A DNA stretch of 22,654 nucleotides from Archangiaceae bacterium (GTDB lineage Bacteria > Myxococcota > Myxococcia > Myxococcales > Myxococcaceae), in assembly GCA_043750125.1 (NCBI GenBank), contig JAYVCD010000231.1, positions 1-22,654 on the forward strand, in the 5' to 3' direction. Shown piece after piece: positions 17,128 through 22,654 of the stretch. The notes under the pieces were generated by a model. The model was not told the DNA's origin. It worked only from the letters and a program-made list of their open reading frames with translations, and did not search any database. Within the stretch, counting starts at the first letter, position 1, and every line of letters starts with the position of its first letter. The translations under genes were made by a program, and so were the position numbers.

Positions 17128-18330
17128 ATGGAGTTGCCGCTGCAGGGCCTACGCGTCCTGGATTTGTCCCGGGTGCTCTCGGGCCCTTTTTGCACCATGA
17201 ACCTCGGCGACCTGGGCGCCGAGGTGATCAAGATCGAAGAGCCGAAGAAGGGCGACGACACCCGCGCGTTCGGCCCTCCGTTCGTCCACGGAGAATCGAC
17301 CTACTTCCTCTCGATCAACCGCAACAAGAAGTCCGTCGCCGTCGATTTGAAGGCGCCCGAAGGCTGCGCGCTGATCCAGCGTCTGGCCAGAACCTGCGAC
17401 GTGGTGGTCGAAAATTTCCGGCCAGGAGTTGCCGCTCGCCTCGGCCTCGACGCCACCGCGCTGCGGCGGGACCACCCCCGCCTGATCTACTGCTCGATCT
17501 CGGGCTTCGGCCACGAGGGAGATCCGGCCTACACCTCGCTGCCCGGCTACGACGCGATCGTCCAGGGGCTGTCGGGGCTGCAGCACGTCACCGGCCAACC
17601 CGAGGGCCCGCCGACGCGAATCGGAGTTCCCATCTCGGATCTGCTCTCGGGCCTCACCGCCTTCCAGGCGATTCTCGCCGCGCTCTACACCCGCGAGCGC
17701 ACCGGCGAGGGCGCGTTCCTCGACATCTCGATGCTCGATGCGACTGCGCAGGTGCTCACCTTTCACGGGGCCTCGGCGCTCAATGCCGCAACCACTCCGC
17801 GCCGGCTCGGAAATCGCCACGCGTCGATTTCTCCCTACGAGACGTTTTCGGGCAGCGATGGCGTCTTCTTCAATCTCGCCGTCGGCAACGATGCCCAGTT
17901 CGTCGCGCTGTGCCGGCTGTTGGCCCAGACGGCGTGGACCAGCGACCCGCTCTTCGCCACCAACCCGGCCCGGGTGAAGAACCGCGATCAGCTCTCACCC
18001 GCGCTGCAGGAGCTGTTCTCGAAGCGGCCTGCGCTCGTGTGGGTGGACCTGCTCGAGATTGAAGGCATTCCGGCTGGAAAAATTGCCACGGTGAACGAGG
18101 TCGTCGCCCACCCGCAGCTTGCGGCGCGCGGGAAGCTTCTGGAATTCGTTCACCCCACGGCCGGCCCGCTGAAGGCGATTGGCAGTCCGCTTCCACAAGC
18201 CTCGAAGACGGCCGCCGCGCCGCCGCTGCTGGGCGAGCACACCCACGAGGTATTGGGCCGGATTCTGGGGCTCGCCCCTGCGGAGATCGACGGGCTGGTC
18301 GCCAGGGGTGTGCTTAAATCCGCGCGGTGA
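17128..18330 (+). CDS. CaiB/BaiF family (class III) CoA-transferase
   Basis: LQGLRVLDLSRVLSGP, DLGAEVIKIE, NRNKKSV, ENFRPG, SISGFG, GYD, ISDLLSG, PPLLGEHT. Confidence 0.95.
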   Translation: MELPLQGLRVLDLSRVLSGPFCTMNLGDLGAEVIKIEEPKKGDDTRAFGPPFVHGESTYFLSINRNKKSVAVDLKAPEGCALIQRLARTCDVVVENFRPGVAARLGLDATALRRDHPRLIYCSISGFGHEGDPAYTSLPGYDAIVQGLSGLQHVTGQPEGPPTRIGVPISDLLSGLTAFQAILAALYTRERTGEGAFLDISMLDATAQVLTFHGASALNAATTPRRLGNRHASISPYETFSGSDGVFFNLAVGNDAQFVALCRLLAQTAWTSDPLFATNPARVKNRDQLSPALQELFSKRPALVWVDLLEIEGIPAGKIATVNEVVAHPQLAARGKLLEFVHPTAGPLKAIGSPLPQASKTAAAPPLLGEHTHEVLGRILGLAPAEIDGLVARGVLKSAR

Positions 18331-19646
18331 AGCCCGAGGCAACTGCATTCGCGGTGCTCTCGAAGGACGCGTTCGCCGGAAAACAGTTCGAGCGCTTCGA
18401 AGTGCTGTGCAAGCTGGGCGAAGGCGGAATGTCGGAAGTCTTTCTCGCCTGGCAGAAGAGCGTCGGTGGGTTTCGCCGTCCGGTGGTGCTGAAGCGCATT
18501 CGCGACTCGATTCGCCATGACCCGGTGTCGCTGCAGATGTTCGTGCAGGAAGCGAAGATCACTTCGGGCTTGAGCCACGGAAACATCGCGGCCCTTCATG
18601 ATCTCTCGCACGAAGAGCGCGGGCTGTTCATGGTGATGGAATTCGTTCCTGGCGCGACGCTGTTCGAGATCGCCAAAGCCTGCGCGTTCGCAGAAGAAGA
18701 GATTCCGCTGGGGCTCACCGTCGGAGTGTTGCGCGACACGGCGCTCGCCCTTCACTACGCGCACACCTTCAAAGACCCCGCCGGCCGATCGCGCCCGGTG
18801 ATTCACCGCGACATCTCGGACAAGAACCTGATGGTCTCGTTCGACGGCACCACCAAGCTGCTCGACTTCGGCATCGCTCGCCAGCAGGGCCGCAAAGGGG
18901 TCACGCTCAACGGGATGGTGAAGGGCACCGCCGGTTACATGTCGCCCGAGCAGATTCGGGGTGAAGCGGTCGATGCGCGCACGGACGTCTTCTCTCTGGG
19001 GGTGGTGCTGCACGAGTGCCTCACCGGCTGCCGGCTGTTCGTCCGCGAGAGCCGGGTCGACGAAATTCACGCGCTGCTCACCGACCCCGTCCCTGCGCCC
19101 AGCCAGCGAAATCGAAGGGTCCCGATCGAGCTCGATGCGGTGGTGTTGAAGGCGCTGGCACGCGACAAGGACCAGCGATTCGCCAACGCCCGCGAGCTCG
19201 CCGCCGCGTTGGATCGAGCGGTCGGCGGGTTGATCTGGGAAGCCGAAGCGCGCGCCGAGTTCATTCAGAAACATTTTGCCGACCGCCAGGAACAGCTGGG
19301 GCAGCTGCTGGGCGACCCGGGCCGCACCGACGTGGGCGAGGCGACGGACTCGACGACCGACCCCCGACCGCTCGCTTTGCTGGCCCGCGATCAGCGCAGC
19401 ACGTTGAATCTGCGAAAGCGGACTCCCCATCTGATCGAGTCTTCTTCTGCGACCCTGGCAGAGGAGACAGTGATTGGAGAGGAGGCCGCGCGGGACACTC
19501 AGGAAGAAGGGGACTCGGGACGTGCCCTCCCGGCTTCGAAGAGCTGTGCCCGCGAACCTGCGCTCAGCCCCCAGATGTTGGCGATGGCCGCTGCGGCTGC
19601 GATCGCACTGGCCACAGTGCTTTTACTCATCCTTTCGAGGCATTGA
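18327..19646 (+). CDS. Hanks-type Ser/Thr protein kinase with C-terminal membrane anchor
   Basis: LGEGGMSEV, VVLK, HRDISDKN, DFG, GTAGYMSPEQ, DVFSLG; hydrophobic tail at the extreme C-terminus; 4-bp overlap with the CoA-transferase gene. Confidence 0.93.
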   Translation: MKPEATAFAVLSKDAFAGKQFERFEVLCKLGEGGMSEVFLAWQKSVGGFRRPVVLKRIRDSIRHDPVSLQMFVQEAKITSGLSHGNIAALHDLSHEERGLFMVMEFVPGATLFEIAKACAFAEEEIPLGLTVGVLRDTALALHYAHTFKDPAGRSRPVIHRDISDKNLMVSFDGTTKLLDFGIARQQGRKGVTLNGMVKGTAGYMSPEQIRGEAVDARTDVFSLGVVLHECLTGCRLFVRESRVDEIHALLTDPVPAPSQRNRRVPIELDAVVLKALARDKDQRFANARELAAALDRAVGGLIWEAEARAEFIQKHFADRQEQLGQLLGDPGRTDVGEATDSTTDPRPLALLARDQRSTLNLRKRTPHLIESSSATLAEETVIGEEAARDTQEEGDSGRALPASKSCAREPALSPQMLAMAAAAAIALATVLLLILSRH

Positions 19647-19806
19647 GCTCAGGCTGCCGAATTGTTTCGAACCGGGGGGTGCCCCTTTCGAATCGACCAT
19701 TTTACGCCGGCGACCCCGAGGGACGTCGCTGCGCTTGCGGCAGTGATCCCAGTGTCGGTGGTGTTGATGGGTCGTCTGGACCCGTGCGAGGTCCCACGAG
19801 GCGCTG

Positions 19807-19850
19807 AAGAAAATCGAGGCCCCACCGGATTATTACCGATGGGGCCTCGA
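19807..19850 (-). terminator. Rho-independent terminator directly downstream of the tRNA 3' end
   Basis: Minus strand TCGAGGCCCCATCGG-TAATAAT-CCGGTGGGGCCTCGA followed by TTTTCTT; the stem includes a U-G pair on this strand. Confidence 0.85.
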
Positions 19851-19859
19851 GCTTTCCTG

Positions 19860-19906
19860 TGGAGGCGAACGGGATCGAACCGATGACCTTCGCATTGCGA
19901 ACGCGA
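19860..19906 (-). pseudogene. 3' fragment of tRNA-Ala(CGC); probable att site of an integrated element
   Basis: Minus strand TCGCG-TTCGCAA-TGCGA (anticodon arm, CGC), AGGTC, ATCGG-TTCGATC-CCGTT (T arm, one mismatch), CGCCTCC-A. No D arm or 5' acceptor strand upstream. Confidence 0.88.
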
Positions 19907-20018
19907 GCACGGCCCTCGGGCAGGCAGGCCGCATTGCTCGTTTTTTAGAAATCTCGAGGGAGTGAGCTGAGGAGGGAGTGATCGGGAGTGGACAGACGTG
20001 ACCCCTGGTCCCCGCCAG

Positions 20019-20041
20019 TTTGGACACTTTTGGACACTTTT
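20019..20041. repeat. Tandem 10-bp repeat TGGACACTTT x2; candidate integrase arm-type sites
   Basis: TTTGGACACTTTTGGACACTTTT about 110 bp inside the tRNA fragment. Confidence 0.65.
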
Positions 20042-20321
20042 CTCGTTCGCAGTCCGGCGACTTCTGCCGAGAGAAACCGACGGACTCGCCAACCCGAAGC
20101 GCAAGGCAAAGATTGGTCACGTGGGGGGGTGACGAATCCGGGAGCCGACCGCTGAGTAGGCAGGGATTCGCCACATCCGAGGTGGCGTTTTGACTAACTC
20201 CTCGAGGGCATCGTCAGCACCGACGGCGGGCGGTGATGGAAAGATTGCGGTCATCTGTCGCTGGGGGCACTCGACAACCCGCAACACTTCCGCTACTCGC
20301 GGGGACGCGGGAAGGTGCACG

Positions 20322-21266
20322 GTGTTTCAATTCCTGGTGATTGTGGCCCTGCTGGTGCCTTTGGCCTCCGCCCGCGGAGCTGATCGTCGCGCCATTCGGC
20401 TTGAGTACACAGCCCCGCCGTCCTGTCCTTCCAAAGAGGCCTTTCAGTCCCGATTGGCAGCTCGCCTCGGTTACGACGCGGTGAGCGAGCCGGCGAGCCA
20501 TGTGGCCGGTGTTGTGGTCCAGGTCCATGAAGGCCAGCTGGAAGCGAGCTTCAGCCTCTGGGAAATTGGCGGCCTCAAGCGTGGCGAACGTTCATTTAGT
20601 GGTGCGCTGACCGACTGCGACGCCCTGATCTCCGGCGTGGCGCTCGCAATGGCGATTGCACTCGACCCGAGGCTGTTGACCCGTGCCCCAGTCGAACCAC
20701 CAGCCGCTACACCCCCTCCACCAGTTGCTCCGCCGCCGGTCGTGACGCCCTCGCCGGTTGCGGTGGCCTCCTCCAATCCTTTGCACCTGTCCCTCGCGGT
20801 GGGGGTGCGTAGCTCGGTGGGGCTGCTGCCCACGCTGAGCGCTGGCCCCTCGTTCGAAGCTCGGCTCCGCCTCCGCTCATTCAGCATTGCGGCGGACGGC
20901 GACGTGTTTCTGGCTCCCACCTTCGAGACAGCAGGCGGTCGGGTAGAAACTTCGCTTGTGCGTGGCGGGGTTCAGCTCTGCGGTCATGTCGCCTTCCTGG
21001 CGTTGTGTGCCCGCGGCACCGGTGGAGGGCTCGCAGCAGGAGGCAGCGGATTCCAGAACAACCGGCGCGGTTGGCAGGGCGTCGCCACAGTCGGACCGCT
21101 GCTTTCTATGGTTTGGCGTCCGGTGAGTGGGTTGGTACTTCAGGCATCGTTGGCGATGGATGTGGTGTTGATTCGAAATGCAATTACCCTCGGCTCCATC
21201 GAGCTGTGGGGCAGCCCGTTGGTGGCCGGCAACGCCGGACTTTCGGTCGGGTGGCAGTTCTTGTGA
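20322..21266 (+). CDS. Secreted hypothetical protein with disulfide-type N-domain, Pro-rich linker and beta-strand-rich C-terminus
   Basis: GTG at 20322 after GGGAAGG; signal VFQFLVIVALLVPLASA; LEYTAPPSCPS...DCDAL; PPPVAPPP linker; ends GLSVGWQFL like an outer-membrane beta protein. Confidence 0.75.
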   Translation: MFQFLVIVALLVPLASARGADRRAIRLEYTAPPSCPSKEAFQSRLAARLGYDAVSEPASHVAGVVVQVHEGQLEASFSLWEIGGLKRGERSFSGALTDCDALISGVALAMAIALDPRLLTRAPVEPPAATPPPPVAPPPVVTPSPVAVASSNPLHLSLAVGVRSSVGLLPTLSAGPSFEARLRLRSFSIAADGDVFLAPTFETAGGRVETSLVRGGVQLCGHVAFLALCARGTGGGLAAGGSGFQNNRRGWQGVATVGPLLSMVWRPVSGLVLQASLAMDVVLIRNAITLGSIELWGSPLVAGNAGLSVGWQFL

Positions 21267-21289
21267 CGGGTTTGCTCTCGTCAAACAGA
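21263..21289 (+). promoter_or_regulatory. Candidate ECF-dependent promoter GTGACG-N17-CWGA (also at 20129-20155 and 22523-22549)
   Basis: The same bipartite motif with identical spacing occurs at three intergenic positions around the ECF module. Confidence 0.55.
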
Positions 21290-21306
21290 ACACCTGGTCG
21301 GGCTTA

Positions 21307-21828
21307 ATGGACTCGACCGCCGAATTGACCGCGCTTTACCGGGCAGAGTTCCCCTATGTGTGGAACGTCCTGTTTCGGCTGGGGGTTGCGGGGCCAGAAC
21401 GCGAAGACATCGCGCAAGAGGCTTTCGCGGCGGCGTTCAAGCAGTGGCCCACCTACGACCGCGCTCGACCGGTCAAGCCGTGGCTCTTCGGCATCAGCTA
21501 CCGGCTGGTGCGAGATTTCCGACGAAAACACCAGAACCGTTTCGAACGCGAGGGACTCGACCCTGAAAGCCCGGATCTGGCCCGGAATGCAGAGGACTTC
21601 GTTGCCCAACAGCAGGGCCTCAAGTTGGTGCAACGGGCCCTCGACGCGATGGAACTCGACCGGCGGGCGGTTTTCGTGATGCATGAAATCGAAGGGCACC
21701 CGATTCCGGCCGTCTCGGACGAGCTGAATATTCCGCTCAACACCGCTTACTCACGGCTGCGGTTGGCGCGGAAAGAATTCAATCAGTTCGTGGCTCGACT
21801 GCACCCAGGACAGGGAGTGACGCAATGA
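21307..21828 (+). CDS. ECF RNA polymerase sigma factor
   Basis: REDIAQEAF, KPWLFGI, RRAVFVMHEIEG, IPLNTAYSRLRLAR. Confidence 0.93.
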   Translation: MDSTAELTALYRAEFPYVWNVLFRLGVAGPEREDIAQEAFAAAFKQWPTYDRARPVKPWLFGISYRLVRDFRRKHQNRFEREGLDPESPDLARNAEDFVAQQQGLKLVQRALDAMELDRRAVFVMHEIEGHPIPAVSDELNIPLNTAYSRLRLARKEFNQFVARLHPGQGVTQ

Positions 21829-22526
21829 CCTCCGAAGAATCAGAGCCTTTGTCCTCGCTGGCGGTGAGCTTGCTTGCGCTGGAAAAGAACCGCGAAGGCC
21901 CATCAGCGGCCGAGGAACAGCGGGTCCTCGACCGGTTGGTGCAGGTCCATGCGTTCCAGCCAGTGGCCACGGCTGCAAGCGGTGGCGGATTGAAGGGTGT
22001 GCTGGCGAAAGTGGCGGTCGGCGCAGCGGTCGGTGCGGTTGTGGGTGGGGCAGTGGTGGGCGCGTGGTTCTCAGGGCAGCTTGAAGATGCGCGTGCCGAC
22101 TTGGCTGCGGCGAAAGCCTCGGTGCCCCCGCTGGTAGCCCCCGAACCGGCTCCTCTTGCCCCAGTGCCGCAACTCGAAGCGCCCATTGCTCCGGCGCCAG
22201 CTCCTTCTCGTCACGCGAAGGTCAAAGCGCTCACTGTTGCTGGCCCGCAAGTCGATTCCTTGAGTGAAGAGGCCGCGCTGATCGACCAGGCACGAACGGC
22301 ACTGCTCAAGAACAACCTGGAAGGCGCCGGTGAGGCGCTGGCGCAGCACCAAGCAAAGTTCCCATCGGGTCGAATGGTGGAAGAGCGCGAGGTGATGGGT
22401 ATCCAGGTGTTGCTGGGCCTGGGGAAAGAGGCTGAGGCGCGAGCGGCAGGAGAACGTTTTCGTCGCCTCCATCCGTCGAGTCTGTTGGCTCCGACGGTCG
22501 AAGCAATTTTCGAACGGGCACCGTGA
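21825..22526 (+). CDS. Putative membrane anti-sigma factor (TM helix, Pro-rich linker, TPR-like helical C-domain)
   Basis: 4-bp overlap with the ECF gene; TM VAVGAAVGAVVGGAVVGAWF; LSEEAALIDQAR...HQAKFPSG...EERE...FRRLHPSS. Confidence 0.75.
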   Translation: MTSEESEPLSSLAVSLLALEKNREGPSAAEEQRVLDRLVQVHAFQPVATAASGGGLKGVLAKVAVGAAVGAVVGGAVVGAWFSGQLEDARADLAAAKASVPPLVAPEPAPLAPVPQLEAPIAPAPAPSRHAKVKALTVAGPQVDSLSEEAALIDQARTALLKNNLEGAGEALAQHQAKFPSGRMVEEREVMGIQVLLGLGKEAEARAAGERFRRLHPSSLLAPTVEAIFERAP

Positions 22527-22654
22527 CGGAAACGCGGGTGCCATTCAGATAGGAGACGGGTCGGGCTCTCATCCTGATCAAGCAGCGACTCGGACATCGT
22601 GGCGAAGTGGCTCGAGCGTGAGTTGAATTGCGCGATCCCAACGATCGCTGAGCG

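Larger units (their letters stand above)
19907..22654. mobile_element. Putative left end of a tRNA-Ala-integrated genomic island; no integrase in the window
   Basis: Truncated tRNA keeping its terminator, adjacent short direct repeats, and by eye more A/T-ending codons in the genes to the right. Confidence 0.6.

Noticed and set aside
19662-19886. 74-aa ORF with a short hydrophobic stretch
   Set aside because: Runs through the terminator and tRNA fragment, has no clear RBS and no recognisable family; at most a remnant.
19860-19935. Complete functional tRNA-Ala
   Set aside because: Sequence 5' of the anticodon arm has no D arm and no strand complementary to CGCCTCC.

Overview
GC-rich bacterial chromosomal window whose gene content (FHA-sigma54 activator, three ECF sigma/anti-sigma pairs, PEGA and Cys-rich 'CNGxDDDC' lipoproteins, Hanks kinase) points to a myxobacterium (inference). 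From left to right it holds: a minus-strand operon (FHA-EBP > ECF > anti-sigma > GT39/ArnT-like, cut by the window edge), a methyltransferase-like gene and msrP without msrQ, a decaying ECF / zf-HC2 anti-sigma / caspase-like module, purF, an AI-2E transporter, an RluA-family synthase, a PEGA / Cys-rich / beta-propeller-like cluster, an ~860 bp highly structured intergenic region, a 5'-nucleotidase, a small CxxC protein, a CaiB CoA-transferase and a Ser/Thr kinase. At 19860-19906 lies the 3' part of a tRNA-Ala(CGC) with its terminator and nearby short direct repeats, the signature of an integrative-element boundary. The putative cargo to its right is an ECF module with a GTGACG-N17-CWGA motif found three times. 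The best unexplained signals are a tandem 80-bp repeat with compensatory base changes upstream of the nucleotidase, a 96-nt rod hairpin, and an exact AT-rich 15-mer shared by the purF and nucleotidase upstream regions.
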